Assembly: GCA_028534125.1 (NCBI GenBank)
Contig: CM052816.1
Coordinates: 17,052,001-17,116,000, forward strand
DNA: 64,000 nucleotides
Direction of reading: 5' to 3'
Source of the DNA: Lama glama
Taxonomy: Eukaryota
Shown here: one piece after another, positions 1 to 15,200 of the stretch
Numbering within the stretch: the stretch's first letter is position 1
How the letters are laid out: each line of letters opens with the position of its first letter
Notes under the pieces: model-generated
Database searches by the model: none
Told to the model about the DNA's origin: nothing
What the model saw: the letters and a program-made list of their open reading frames with translations, nothing else
Position numbers and translations under genes: made by a program

Positions 1-76
1 TTAATCATTATAGTCTTTTTTTTTTTCCTTTCATTTGGCAGAAAAGACAGCTTTGATTTCTGGCTGCAAAAAAGAT

Positions 77-233
77 ATGAGGAAGAGCTCCTCCCCTTCC
101 TTGAGTAACTGCAACTCCGTTCTTGCTAACAAAATATTTGGAATTCCACTTGATGAGCTGCAGCAGGGAGGACATCCAGACAATGAGGTTCCGTTCATAG
201 TCCGCCACGTAGTGGACTATATTGAGGAACATG
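77..233 (+). CDS. FAM13B: FAM13B coding exon 1 (exon probably starts at 42 with 35 nt of 5'UTR)
   Basis: Polypyrimidine tract and CAG at 39-41; ATG at 77; MRKSSSPSL...DYIEEH; donor G|GTATAC at 234, phase 1. Confidence 0.95.
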
Positions 234-3200
234 GTATACATTTCCTTACTTTGAGGGCTAGCCTTTGTTTTAATAAACACAACTTATCCCTTTTTGACCT
301 TGGATTTTTTTTTTTAAGTATTCAGAGTCCAAAATACAGTGAGGAAAAACAATAGAAATTCTTTTTAACATTTTAGTGTATCTTTTACTTAAAGTCATAT
401 ACTTACAAATGCTCAGCTTAGACCATTTTTTAGTGGGAGGGGGCGATAGGAATATTTTTAATGGATACTAGGGGGTTGGATAAAACAGAATATCCTTCAG
501 GATAGAGAGAGTATGTTTTTAGATGTATTATTTGCACATGTTTAGCCATCAGGGGAGCCAAGAATGGCTTTCCAAAACTATGAATATTAAGTTGATTGGA
601 GAATGAATATTTATGGCCAGGTATTGAAGTTGAAGCTTATTTAACTTTTGCCTTGAACTAATATAGGAGGTCTGGAGCAACAAGGACTTTTTCAAGTCAA
701 TGGAAATGCTGAGACAGTGGAGTGGCTTCGGCAGAGATACGACAGTGGAGAAGAGGTGGATTTGGTTAAGGAAGCAGATGTTCCCTCAGCTATTAGTCTT
801 CTTAGGTTTTTCCTTCAAGAACTTCCTGAACCCGTTATCCCTGGCAGTTTGCATATTCACTTGATGCAGCTTTCTCAAGGTAACATAATCTGAATCTTAC
901 CAATCAGTCATTTAACATTAATTTCAAAGTTCTTACCTTTCAGAAATCTTGACATGTAAGCAGTAATTATAGTAATTCTGAGATTAATTTCTTAAGTTCC
1001 CATTTGGGGACAGATATTCTTTGGGGTTGTATTGTCTAGTTAAAGGAATGGCAATTTCTTAGATTCCTGTAGTGTTATTTACTTTTTATGATTGGTAAGC
1101 CTAAGGTATAGGATGATAAGAAGAAGGAGAAAAGGCAGGAGACAAGACAAGGAGTAGGAGGGAAAAGAAGAAAGAAAAAAATATATATATGTGGCAGAAT
1201 GTCTGATAATAGCCAGTGGTGTTGCTTAGTGGTGATGTTACTATGTTTATCCTTGGTGTGATAGAACATCCTAGCAAAAGCTAGAAGATAGCTTCATTTC
1301 TAAGTTTGGAATATACCTAAAGCTTGTTCTTAGACACCAGCCTGAAGGAATTAAAATATCATATTAGACATCAGACACTAAGCCAAGTGAAGAAAAAAAC
1401 TGATTTGTCTTTGTTGGGTTGGTTTTTCAGTGTGACTAAAAGTAGGACTTAGCTGGAATGGACAAGAAAAATATAGATAGAGGTAGGCAGAAAGGTAAAA
1501 GAACCAAGATTTGAGGAAATGCTTCTGTTCCTAGAGCTAAATGACATTCTTATGTCCATAATGCAGTGACATGTTTCATTATATAGGAAAGTTTATGAAG
1601 TCAGCATGTAATACAATTGACCCTTGAACAACACAGGTTTGAACTGTGTGAGTGCACTTATATACATATGCTTTTCAGTGAATATGTACTTCTCTACATG
1701 ATCTGCAGTTGGTTGAATTCACAGGAACCACAGATATGGAGGGCCGACTGCAAAGTTTTAAAAGGGTTTTCAATGGTGTGGAGGGTCGGTGCCCCTAACC
1801 CCTGTGTTGTTCAAGGGTCAGTTGTATTAAACATTTCTTGAATGTTTAAATTGTTTTTTTCTGGCTTTTTTTGTATTACGGAATGTTTTTAATTTTTTGA
1901 ATTGGGACTTGTAGAGAAATTCAGTGATGTTAAGAAATTATAACTACTTCCTTAATTGCTGTCATACTTGGACCTTTTATGTTTGTATCCTTAAGCAGTG
2001 TATAGTTAGAAGTGGGATTTCATTTTGAGAGTATTTATCCATCTTACTTTTTCTTAAATTTAAACATAGGCCTAAATTAGTGGATGCCTCTTATTTATGT
2101 ATGAAGGTCAACACAAGGATATCTTACGACTCTCTTACATATGTTCTCCTCTGTACAGCTAGATGATGGGGCTCACTTTGAACTTGCTATATTCTAGAAG
2201 GGTTAGCCTGATTGAGTTTTGTTCTTTTATTGTGCCACCTGGATCAAATAACAGATTTCAGAATGAAGTGTCATCAGTGTCACCTTTTTTCAAAGTATAA
2301 CTTTATTTTTTTCTCCCAACAAGTGCTACATTTTTTCAGAAGCAGTTTGCATCATTAAATATGTAATAGAACTGATGTGTTAGAGTTCTTTGAGCCCTTT
2401 TTATTCCTTTGAGACATTCTTTTTGTTTTTATAAGGCTAGAGTTCCATTTTCCCTTGTATTAGCTGAATTGTAGACAGGTCTTTAAAGTTCCAGGAATCA
2501 GATAATATTTCAATTTTGATTGAAAATTTATGAGTGAATAAGTGGATAAGATTTAATGGTAAGTCACTGCTTCTCATTGATGCTACCAGTCAGAAGCTAT
2601 TTTGTCAGTAGGATTGTCATTTTGATTGGTATTCATTTAAAAGTATGACAGTGTCATGCACTTTGTTATTTATGGAATTACGCTATATATCTTACTAATT
2701 AGTTTTATATCCTCATTCACTTGTGAAGGAATTTAAGGCATGAAAAAATGCTTGTGGCCCATAAGTCCTTTGGTGTCACGAGAAGTCCACCTTTCTCCTC
2801 CATTCCTCATTTACATAACCATTAGCATGTGTATGTATGCAACACACACACCCACATATACACTCACTTCTTTAATAGCTATGCAGATAGATGTGGCAGA
2901 CTTGAGGTGATGTTTGCATTTCTGTTATAGAATTTACTTGTTCATTCTTTAATCATTCTTTTGGGAAGCTGTCTAGGTCTTTGGACAAAGATTACACCCT
3001 CCATTTATTGTAGATAACTGTTATGTTAATATTTTGATTGACATTCACAAATACATGAGATTAGTGCTTTTAAGATCATGAAGAGAGCATTTCTGCAGTT
3101 GCATTTGAGTTAGTGTTTTTTAAAAAAGTGATTTTTGTTTTCTGTGATAGCAGGATATTGTAAAGTGCCATTTCTGGTGTGGTTGATCTTTTATATACAG

Positions 3201-6200
3201 CAGGATTTCACAGTCTTGGCATTCCTGATATTTTGGGCTGGATAATTCTCCCTTTTTTCAACTTGTGTTTTAATAATAATACTAATTTTCATAGCTCATC
3301 ATCCTTATAGCCAACTATTTTTATCCATTTCTCAATTACAGCAATTATATCATAGTTTTTGTTTTGTTTGGTTTTTTTACTTTTTTTTGGTAAACAAACT
3401 TTATTCTAGGAAGAGCAACTCATTGAGAGATGAAACTTAATATTTACATATATGTACTGTTCATTGTTTCTAAGAACAGGTTAGAGCTTTAGCTTTTTAA
3501 ACTTACATAATAATCAAAGAAATAAAGCCAACCGCAAAATAAGAATCAACAGAATGCAGTAATCCAATCATAAAGGACAGTCAAATGTGCTTACACATAT
3601 TCAATAAATCAATTTTCTAGGTTATAAATAATAAGTAGTTCATTTTTGTCCTTTTTTAGATTCCTGTAAGCGATATCATAGGGGATTTTTCTTTTTCTTT
3701 CTGGCTTACTTCACTTAGAATGATGATCTCCAGGTCCATCCAGGTTGCTGCAGATGGCATTATTTTATTCTTTTTTATGCCTGAGGAGTATTCCATTGTA
3801 TATATGTGTATGTATATATGACATATCTTCTTTATCTACTTATCTGTTTGATGGACAATTGGGTTGTTTCCTTGTCTTGGCTATTGTAAATAGTGCTGCT
3901 GTGAACATCAGGGTGCATGTGTCTTTTTGAATTATATTTTTCTCTGGGTATATGCCTAGGAATGGGATTGCTGGATCATATGGTAAGTCTATTTTTAGTT
4001 TTTTAAGGAACCTCCGTACTGTCCTCCACAGTGGCTGTACCAATTTACATTCCCACCAACAGTGTAGGGAGATTCCTTATTCTCCACACCCTCTCCACCA
4101 TTTATCATTTGTAAACTTTTTAATGATGGCCATTCTGTCTGGTGTGAGGTGAAAACTCATTGTAGTTTTGATTTGCATTTCTTTAACAATTAGTGATGTT
4201 GAGCATCTTTTCATGTGCCTTTTGGCCATCTGTCTGTCGTCTTTGGAGAGATACCTATTTAGGTCTTCTGCCCATTTTTTGATTGGGTTGCTTTTTTTTT
4301 GATATTAAGCTGTATGAGCTGTTTGCATATTTTGGAAATCAGTCCTTTGTCGGTCGCATCATTTGCAAATATTTTCTCCCATTCTGTAGTTTTTCTTTTC
4401 GTTTCTTGATGCTATCCTTAGCTCTGCAAAAATTTTTATGTTTAATTATATCCCATTTGTTTATTTTTACTTCTATTTCCATTACTCCAGGAGCTGGTTT
4501 AAAAAATACATTGCTGTGATTTATGTCCAAGAGTGTTCTGCCTATGTTTTCCTCTAGTTTTATAGTATCTGGTCTTACATTTAAGTCTTTAATCCATTTT
4601 GAGTTTATTTTTATATGTGATGTTAGAGAATGTTCTAATTTTAGTCTTTTACAGGTAGCTGTCCAGTTTTCCCAGCATCACTTGAATAATTCTTTAATAT
4701 AGGCGCTGTCCTTGAATTTTAAGATATTTAGTAGGATCCTTGGCTTCTACCTACTAGATACTACTGGTATCCCCTGTCCCCAAGTTATGACAACTGTTCA
4801 TTGTTAAATGTTATCAACCATTGGTTTAGGCCATGATAGTTTGTAATATTTATAAAAAATGTTACAATGCTTGAAAGAATTGCTGGGTCAGGGAAGACTT
4901 CTTTGATAGGTACATATGTTTTTCCTGGTTATAATTTAACTAGGAAGTAGGCTGAAAAGGAAAAAACATTTAAGCAGGTGTGTTTTATTTACACACACAT
5001 AACACACGCACAGAGAAATGCTTTTCTGCCTTAATTGAAGACTTCAGATGCAGCCTGAAAGGTGTAAATATTTTTGTGTACTAGAAATGTTCACTAACAA
5101 AAATAGAGCAACATAAACAGTATCAACTAAAAATAGTTTAGCCCACAATCTTACCACCCCATCAAGTCAAATCAAATGTTTTAGTAGTCTAGCATCAGTT
5201 ACTGTGTATTTTTTCAGCTCTTCAACTCATTTTTATTGAAACCTGGCTTTATGCTTGGTACTGTTTTAGATTCTGGGAATGCAGAGGTGAACAAAACTGT
5301 ATAAAATCTGCCATCATTGAGCTAAAGTTATAAAGCGCCTAAAAGGAGAGTTAGAAGAGAAATTGATGATAAGCAAAATAAATATGTGGGTGTATTAGAT
5401 AAGTGCTACATAGCTAGAGAGGACATTAATGTAGAATTTGTCAGTGCTGCTGTAGTCATCATATTGATAATACTAGTTGCTTGCATAAATTTTTTGAGTT
5501 GATACATGTGATTTTTCTTAAATGATCCTTTTCTGCTAAATGTAGATTGTTAAAAATTTCCATTAAATATAGGCACAGTAGTCTAAAAGATGTTAATCCA
5601 GTGATTGTTCTATTCTGTTATAAAAACAAAGTACCTGGACAGTTGGTAATACTATGAAATACAGAAGAATTGTTACTAGTTGCTTTTTATAGTTTAGGTC
5701 AAACTCATGTGACTGTAGCCTTTCCTGTATAACCTTTTCCTTTTCTTCTTAGACCTGTGTTATTTTGCAGAGATGGCCAATATCATGATCATAACTTTTT
5801 ACCAATAATATTTTTACCAAGAATTAATTTTTCAATTAATTTTAGGAACCTAAAGAAAAATACAGGCTGAAATATGATTGGATTGATTTTCACTATTGAA
5901 GCAATAAATTGCTTCATTTTGAGGGTACCTCTGTGAAATCACTTCTTCTAAGTGGGACCCTCACCAGTCAGTGGGGTTGATACAGACCTAGTTTCTGTTA
6001 ATGAAAACTCACTGACATAAACACAGGGCTTAGCTTCTGGTACCTAAAAATTCACTTGGACACAGAAACCAACATCAGCTTAGAGGAGAAAAACAAATGA
6101 GAAGTGGAATTCCTTTTTATTTAGTTCTACTAATATTGCTGAAGTTAGCTGTTCTTTTTCAGCATGTTAGAAGTAGAAAGTCACTCTAACTGTTCCTTCC

Positions 6201-9200
6201 GTGTTTTTCCATTCATTCTGATACTATTAGTTGGTTAAATTGCTTCTTATCTTTGCTTATCTGGTGGTTGGTGTTAACTGGTATTGGCCATCGCCTTTTG
6301 ACTTTTGAGAGTTGGCACTAATTTGGAAACACAGGTATAGTCATGCAGGGGACAGTATGATGAGAATTTAAAAAAATAAATTAAAGAGAATTGTGGCCAG
6401 TGAGTAATACATGAGGAAAACATCCTCCAGTGATTGAGGATTGAGTTCTTTCTCCAACTCTTCCACTCAGTCAGTGAAATGCAAAGCCCTAAGGCATTTG
6501 GCCTGTAGTAGAGGAAGTGATGAGGTTTTGAATTGTTATAGTAGAAAGGTGATGTGGGTGGAGTAATGTGAACCTGGCAAAATATCTGAGCTTTCCTTTT
6601 ACTTCATTAAAAAAAAAAACCTGTCATTATGTTTTATAGATTATAATAACGAAGATGAATTTGGAAGAAAGTTGAGGTTCCTCTTGCAACAGCTTCCACC
6701 TGTTAATTACAGTTTGTTGAAGTTTCTGTGTAGATTTTTAGCCAATGTAGCATCACATCATGAAGAAATTTGGTCTGCAAACTCTTTGGCTGCTGTCTTT
6801 GGTCCAGATGTCTTCCAGTAAGTCTTTTCACATATTTTTGTTTACTTAAAAAATAATTGATTATATGAAAAAGAATCATTGTACTATCTCCCAAGGATCA
6901 CAGGTTGCTTGATGAACCATTATCTTTTATAGTAGCTCTGATTAATTTTCCCAGCATTTCTGTGAACTGTATATAAATTAGGTAGGCTCTACAGATGGGA
7001 AAACTGAGGCCCAGTATGATGGCATAAATAGCTCAGGTTTATAAAGTGACTCATTGGTTTCTTTTAACTTTACCTGTGAATTATTTAAGAACTCTCAATT
7101 CAGTTGGGACTTTTATTCTTAGTATTTACACAGATGTGGAAGATCTGAAAGAACAAGAAATAGTGAGCAGGATAATGGCTGAACTTTTGGAAAATTACTA
7201 TGAGTTTTTTGAGAATGAAGAGGAAGAGTTTTCATCTAATGATTTGAGTTCAATTACTGAACAGGTGAGAATATTTTAAATATTCTACTTGGAGTTTTTG
7301 CCGTTGTTTTGTTTTTTTGTCTTTTGTTTTTGTTTCTTTGGGAAGAATATGCTCTTGAGGGCATGGCCCAAACTGGTGGAATTTTTAGGTACTAAACTGA
7401 AAGCAATTTCTTGGTTATTATATGTAATCATAGGTGACACATCTGTGTAGTATATGAGTGTAATATTTTTTCTGAATAACTTGTCCTCGATTTGGGTAAT
7501 AGGAAAAAGGAATTGAAGCCAGAGTATATGGTAGATTATATGGCTTTTTTGTGGTTTTTTTCCTGTTAACTTGAGCATTGTTTATTTTATAAGAATAGTG
7601 TGTTTTTTTTGTTTTTGTTTTGCAAAGAAACTGCTATCATAGGGGAATGTAGGCAAAGGTTGAGAATTAGAAAGTAGAGGGAAGGATTGAATGCAGATTT
7701 AACGCCAGCTTTTAAAATTGTTTTTTTTTTGGTTGAATTGGCAAGTAGGTATAGCAGGACAATCATTTTCATTAATGGGAAGCATTAGGAGCGTAATAGT
7801 TGAGGTTGCAGATAATGCTTTAACTCTGTGACTCTTCAATATTAAAACCTGTTTCTCAAGCAGCATTATGTTTTGTTGTTACTGCTATGCCTTCATGGTT
7901 GAGACTATAAAAGATCTTAGTTAATTTTTTCTTTATGAAGTGAGAATATTGATTCTGAGTAATTGTAATTGATTGTAAAGCCACATTAATCCACACGTCT
8001 CAGTTTTAGAATTTGTGATTTAGGTGTATGTGGGGGTTTTCTTTTGTATTTCAGTGAAATGATTTGTCAAGTAAACTTTTTATGTTAAAACCTACAATGT
8101 TATTTATGTTTTGAGCATGAAGTGGGGCTGTTACCTTTTTTTTTGACTAATTCACCTGATTAGAAAAAAATAAGGTAAAATTGACAGTGAAATGTCCTGT
8201 TCTTACCCATACTTACCCATTCCCTCTAATTGGCTTTTATGTGTTTTCCTAGAGTTTCTTTATGCAAATATAAGTAAATATTTACTCTCAGTTTTTTTTA
8301 ATGGGAAAGTAGTATACCATACATACTATTCTGCACTTTGGTTTTTTTTTTTTTAATCAGTCAGTAGTATATCTTAGATATCTTTTATTGAAATGTAGAG
8401 AACATATTCTTTTGTTTTTGCATCTGCATAGTTACTTATTGTATGAATGTAACATACAATTTATTTGTTTATCTGTAACCCACTTGGAAAGGTGATAGTA
8501 CATCCCAGTTTTCTCAGAGTAGTCCTTGTTTATATCTTTCCTGATGTAATTAGTAGCTCCCCTTTTCACTCTCAGATGTATCCAGGTTTAGATGATAAAT
8601 TATATGGTTATGCTATTTATTAATGGACGTTGGACTACTTTCCTTCATTTGCTCTTAAACGATAAAGCAGCATCTCTTGAAAGATCGTTTATCACACAGA
8701 TTTTTATTCATTCATACAGGTATTGGCTCTGATTATGTGAACTAGGAGTTCTATTTCCTGGGTCACCCGTCTTTTATTTAAAAAGGTTCTATACTATTGT
8801 GAACTTTTATAGATTAGTCTTTTAATATTTGAGGGTTATACCTTCCTTAGTTTTTAATACTTTCTTCATGCAAGCATTTTAATCTTTGATTTTTCCTTCC
8901 CTCTTTTTCTTCTTCCCTCCTTTCCTACCTTCCTTCCTCCCTCTCTCTTTTCAACTATCAGGAACTTTTAAGAAAACAGTAACAGATGCCAAATTGTAAC
9001 TTACAGTGTATAAACTGAGGATGAAATCAAATATATGTAAATATATGTATGTGAGGTATATCAAGTGGGTAGAATTTGTAGCCTGAATCAGTGATCCATG
9101 AACTTTTGGCATAATTTTTGAATGTTTCCAACTATCATATACAGTTCCTGACTAAAAACACTTGGTTAAAATAAAGAACTGACACATTTGTTCAAAATTA

Positions 9201-12200
9201 TTTTTGCTTAAAAGAAAATGACAAGAAGAGGACAAGTAGATAGATATGCCTTAAACTTTTAAGGTTTTTGATGCCCATAAAAAACCCCATCTTTGGGGAA
9301 TTCTGTGTGCCATCTTTCTTTTCTATAAATTATATTTTAGTTCAGCAGTCTGTTTTTTAAGTAAAACTAAATTACATATATACATTAAATTAAAATTTAT
9401 ATATATTAAATTAAATATATACATACGTACATTTTATATATTACATTTATACATTAAATATACACATTTAAACATTAAAATATACATTATACATTAAAAG
9501 TGTACATTTATACATTAAATATATAATATACATACATTTGTGTTGTTCATTTTCTATGTTACTAAAGTGATTTGACTTGTAAGAAACTGATGATGCAGTT
9601 TGAGTTAATGTTTTATATCTTTACTCCTCTCAACTCTGCAGGGTGTGCCATGATTATGTTTTACATTGTGGTATAATTCTCTGATATTTCTATTATCTGC
9701 AGCTTCCTTATGTAAACTGGAATATATTTATATCTCATGTGTATGGTATTTATATTTCTGTATGTTTTTAAGCATCAGAAAAATTGCCTTAAAGTATGTT
9801 GTGCTATACATTAAGTAGAATGATGATTAATTAATATCAGGAAATAATGTTGAATTCTACAGATTTGCCTGTGGTTGGAAAAGAGGATGTTAGCATGTTG
9901 AACAGAATATGCTCATTAAACAGGGTAGTACAGTGCGCTGTGAGAGACAGTGATGTATGTTAATTATCTTGGTTTGTATTGCTAATTACCAGAATCTGTT
10001 ATCTATTAATACTATATTTTTGAATTATAACTGGGTTGCAAGTAATAGAAGAACAGATTTCTGAAATTTTTTTTTTTAAAAGCAGATTTGATAACTTCAG
10101 TCTGACTTGTGAGGCTGAATTGATAAAGTTTTGAGTGAAGGTACAAAATCAGCACAATTTGGTTACCTTTTTAAGTTGGCATAACTTAAATGCTGCTAAT
10201 TTGTTATCTACATATTCAAAGAGGTGGGCAGACCTGGTCTATCCTGGCAATACTTTGATTTTTCTCTTAAATTTTGATATTTGAAGAAAGCAAAGTTTAT
10301 TTAGCACTCTCTTCTTTTGGAGTTTCATCCCATTAATGCAAGTATTTGGCTGTTAGAACCTTTTCAAGGTGTAGTCAGTTTTTGTTTTTGTTTTTGTTTT
10401 TGTTTTTGTTTTTGTTTTTGTTTTTGTTTTTTAAATAGTATGCGAGAGATGACTGGAGATGTTGAATAGGGAGTGTTTGAGAAATGACCCAGAGTAACTG
10501 GACAGGTTGTTTGTATGGAATCCTAAAATGAATGCAAGTCTAGTAAAGTGGTTTGAAGATGTAGGTGATAATTATGTTTCTTTATACGTTTGAGAAGGCA
10601 GGTAGCAGCGTTCTCCACAAGCTGGAGTCTGGAAAGCAGGCATTTCACGAGGCCCTAGAGAAGGGAATTACAGCAGTCAAAGAAAGAAGAGATGTAAGTA
10701 TGGATGAAGGTTTTCCGTAAGTGGAGTGGAGGCAGCTGTATATAAGGGCAGGTTTAGAACAACTTATGAACAGAAGAGAGTATTGATAAGCAGAAAGTCA
10801 AGTTGACAAGAAGAGGATCAAGAAGAATTTTTGAAGATAAGTGTGGAGTGAGAGAAAGAATTTTTATCTAAGTTTTAAATTTTTACTCTTACTCAAACTT
10901 ACTTAGTCACAAACTAATTTCCTCACTGCAGGAAGTTACACTGGGAGGCCTGGGAGTAGGAGTTGGGAGAAGAAAAACTCATAGGGAATAGACTGTGTTC
11001 ATGTCATGTTTTAGTTGATGATTACTGGCAGAATAACTAGAGAATGTCAGCTAATTTACATTATTGAATTGAATATAACATTCAATTTAATTGAGTATAA
11101 GGCTTTTGTAGTTACTAAGAGCTATTGACTGTAGATAACAAACTGATTTTAAAACATACGATGTACATGTTAAAGTAGTACATCTGTAGCGAAAATTTGT
11201 GGACTGAATAAAAATCATCTGTTCTCAGTTCAAATATCTATTCTTAGTTTAAATAACCATCTTAAATTTTTTTTTAATAATTCTGTTCTTGTGCCCAAGC
11301 CTTAAACACCCACAGAAATCCCTGTTTTATACTTCTGAAAACAGTATTTTCTTGCTAGTTTTTTTCTTGCTTGGATTAACAGGTATATCTTGATTAAATA
11401 CATTCTTGATTTTCACTAATTTGTTAAATACACAGATAGAGAAAGAGGATAATTTTCCATTTGGTCCACTTTAAAAACTCACCAATTATTTGAAATTTTC
11501 ACCTTTCTATATAAATCTCACCTCTCAGTTAGTAACCCTTTAAGCCAATGACTTTCAGTCTTTTTATCACTGTATATATCTGTTAGGAGATAGATGAGGG
11601 ATGGAATTTACAAGCAAAACAAATTCAGCAGAATCTGTTGCATGTGCTTTATGTATAAAGTAAATGGTTCACAAATTGAGGTCAAATTAACTATTGTAAA
11701 TATGAATTTTTAGTGACTTACTTAGTGATTGAGAGCTCCTGCTTTAGGCAGTTTGGATGGCAGTCTCTTCATTTCTAATAAAAAGTGATGTTCCATGTAG
11801 AAACTAGGATTAATGCTATATGAAATAAGGTCATTCCAGTTATAATGATAACTATTATTTATTGCTTATTATATATAAACACTGCTGAAGAGTTTTCATA
11901 TATTATTTAATACTTTCAACTAGCCCTGCGTGGTAAGTAGTATAACATCTCCATTCTATACATAGGCCTGGAGAAGTAAGTTGTCAAAGATAGGTAAGGG
12001 CACAGTAGGGATGTGAACATAGGTCTTCCTGCCTCCAAATCCTGGCTTCTAAGTACTTACTGTATTATACTTGAAAACAGGTAACCTGTACTCATTGATT
12101 AGAGTGTGGTAGAATATCATAGTGTATATACCTTTCTTCTGGTTGAAGTTTTCATTTCTGAGAGTACTCTTGCAATTCTGTTTGCCTGATGTCAGGAAAA

Positions 12201-15200
12201 ACATCCCTGTTACATATAGCAGTCAGTTTATTCTCGGCATTGCCAGTGCATTTGGCTAGAATGGACAAAAGTATAGGTTTACTACTTAGTGTTTTTAATG
12301 ACTAATATTAATTTATAAAAGATGTTAAGACCATTTATGACTGGTTTCTTCATTGGGATAGTGTAACATATTTCTCACTTGAAAATATTTGGTTGGTTTT
12401 CCTTCTCACATATTTCAGGGTCCTTTTAGTAGAGAGATTATTTGCTTATGTAACCAGTTTGATAACAGAAAATGTTTTTTAGCCTCTGCCAGAAAGAGAA
12501 TTATAACCTTGAGTTGTGCTTAATGGTCAGAACAGTGAGCTCTTCCTTATTGTAAGGTCCAGTCTCTTCATGAAATATTCAGTCTAAATCATTTAGAAGT
12601 TAGTCATCATTTTCTAAAACAGAATTAAGACCTTACAGCAAAATTTTTATGCCCTCCTTTTTTCCACACTTACTCTGTATTGAAGTCGCTTGTTCAGTGC
12701 ACTTGGAAATTGGAGAGATCAATTGAAGTCTTCTTGTAGCTATTAGATTTATAAATCTGGTTAGGAAATGAAGCTTTCTTAACATTAATTAACTACACTG
12801 TGTAGGCTTTTTCATAGTTTGGAGTCTTACTCATTCCTGGTGATGAACTAATGAAATAATTATTTCCTGCTTTAAAATGTTATGTTTGGTTTGCAGGTTT
12901 TTTCTAATATGGAAAATTTGGCAGCTATTTACTTTGTAAGAGAAATTGGTCCTAGGAAATGAAGTGAAACATAAGTTGTATTTAAAATTTTCTTAGAATT
13001 AGTATGTCTTAGATAATGTCAATTAACAGTTTCATTAAACTTTAATTCTGTTTCCTTTTATTTATATAGGTTAATGAACTTTCTGAGGAAGAAGAGGAAG
13101 ATGAAAAGCTAGAACGTATAGAAGAACTTCCAGAAGAGGGTGCAGAAAAATCATCTGACATGCCAGAGGTGGTACAATTAAGGATGACTGAAAACATCCT
13201 GGAACCAAATAGTGTTACAGCATCAACAAGGTACTATTTCAGTTGAAAGGACTTTAGTTTTTGAGCATTTCATTCTAAATGTAAATTCACTCAAGCACTA
13301 ACTCACACAGATTGTAATGGTATATGAAAGATTAGTTTGTATATGAAAAAGAAAAAGAAAATTTTAAAGAAACACTCTTGCTAAGGAGTTTTCAGTTATG
13401 AGCATTTATTCCTGTCTTTAAAAATACCACCTCTTACATATATTTATTCTTCAAGTTTATTTTTTGTTCCATTATTAGTGTACTAGTTGGGTTAGTTAAA
13501 ATTTGAGAACCTTTTGAAGTAGAGTTGCTTGAGAAAGAGTGGTTTAATTGACTGTATTTTCCAGCTTCTACACTGGAACTAGATTGAACTAGGCTATAAC
13601 GAGAGGACTTGTGATCCTTTAAGATGGTGCTGTCTACTTTTGTTCATGTATAAAGTGATATTATGTATTAGGCATACTGGGTGAACTTGGTGTATGTGGT
13701 AGGCTGGAGGCATTATCCTAGCACATAGCTGGAACCATTGGACACACTGTTAAGGAAGCTTTAGAGAATTCAAGAACTCCCTATACATAGTTCTAGGTGC
13801 TCTAGGTTTGCTGAATTCTGTGCTGCTTCTCTGTAAAGCTCCATGATTTACTAACTCTTTCTAATTAGGGGGACAGTTATTTGTTAAGGCCACTAATATT
13901 TTCCATTAAATTTGTGTTCAATAGAAAGGTGGTTAAAAAAGCAGAGGAAGTAATTAAAGAGTAAGACAGCAAAATGTCATTTAAATATAACTAGTTATTT
14001 GGGAAGGGTATTGTTCAGTGGTAAGGTGTATACTTAGCATGCACAAGGTCCTGGGTTCAATCCCCAATACCTCCATTAAAAATAATAAATAAGTAAATAG
14101 ATAAACGAACAAACCTAATACCCTTCCCCCACCCCCCAAATCTTAAAAAATAAATCTAGTAATTTAAGGGAGGAACTATTCAATGTCATTTAGGAAAATT
14201 ACAAAGTAATTGAAAATGTATACTTCTAAATACAACTGTTACATTTTTCTGTGAGCCTCTAGATTTTTATATTGTGTAGTTTCTTCAAACATGATTATAA
14301 TTATGGTATGTTAACATGTCACTCTTCTGCCCCAATTTAACTTTTTAGTTTTTAAAAATTTTATAATTTATTTTTAATTCTTATTTTTTATTGAAATGTC
14401 GATTTACAATGTTAATTTCAGGTGTACAGCAAAGCTATTCAGTTTTACATATACATATATATGTATACATACATATATTTTCAGATTCTTTTCCATTGGA
14501 GTTCATTATAAGAAATTGAAGGTAGTTCCCTATCTTTATCTTATACAATAGGTCCTTGTTGTTTATCTATTTTGTATGTGGTGATGTATATCTGTTAACC
14601 CCAAACTCCTAATCTATCCCTCCCCCAACCTTTCCCCGCTGGTAACCACAGTTTGTTTTCTTTACGAGTCTATTTCTGGTTTGTAAATAAAATTTGTATC
14701 TTTTTTCTTTAGATTCCATATATAAGCAACATCATATGATATTTGTTTTTCTCTGTCTGACTTAACTTCACTTAATTTGATAACCTCTATTGCTGAAAAT
14801 GGCATTATTTCATTCTTTTTTATGGATAAGTAGTATTCCATTGTAGCTATATACCACATCTTTTTTTATCTGTTCATCTGCCGAAGGGCATTTAGGTTGT
14901 TTCCATGTCTTGGCTATTGTAAATAGTGCTGCTGTGAACATTGGGGTGCATGTGTCTTTTTGAATTATAGTTTTCTCTGCATATATGCCCAGGAATGGGA
15001 TCTCTGGATCATATGGTAAGTCTATTTTTAGTTTTTGAAGGAATCTTCATAGTGTCCTCCATAGTGGCCATACCAATTTACATTCCCACCAACAATGTAG
15101 GAGGATTCCTATTTCTCCACACCCTCTCCAGCATTTATTATTCACAGACTTTTCAATGATGGCCATTCTCACTGGTGTGAGGGGACACCTCACTATAGTT

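Noticed and set aside
664..669. NAGNAG acceptor TAG-GAG
   Set aside because: GAG is rarely used as an acceptor, and the expected HGGLE sequence needs the proximal TAG.
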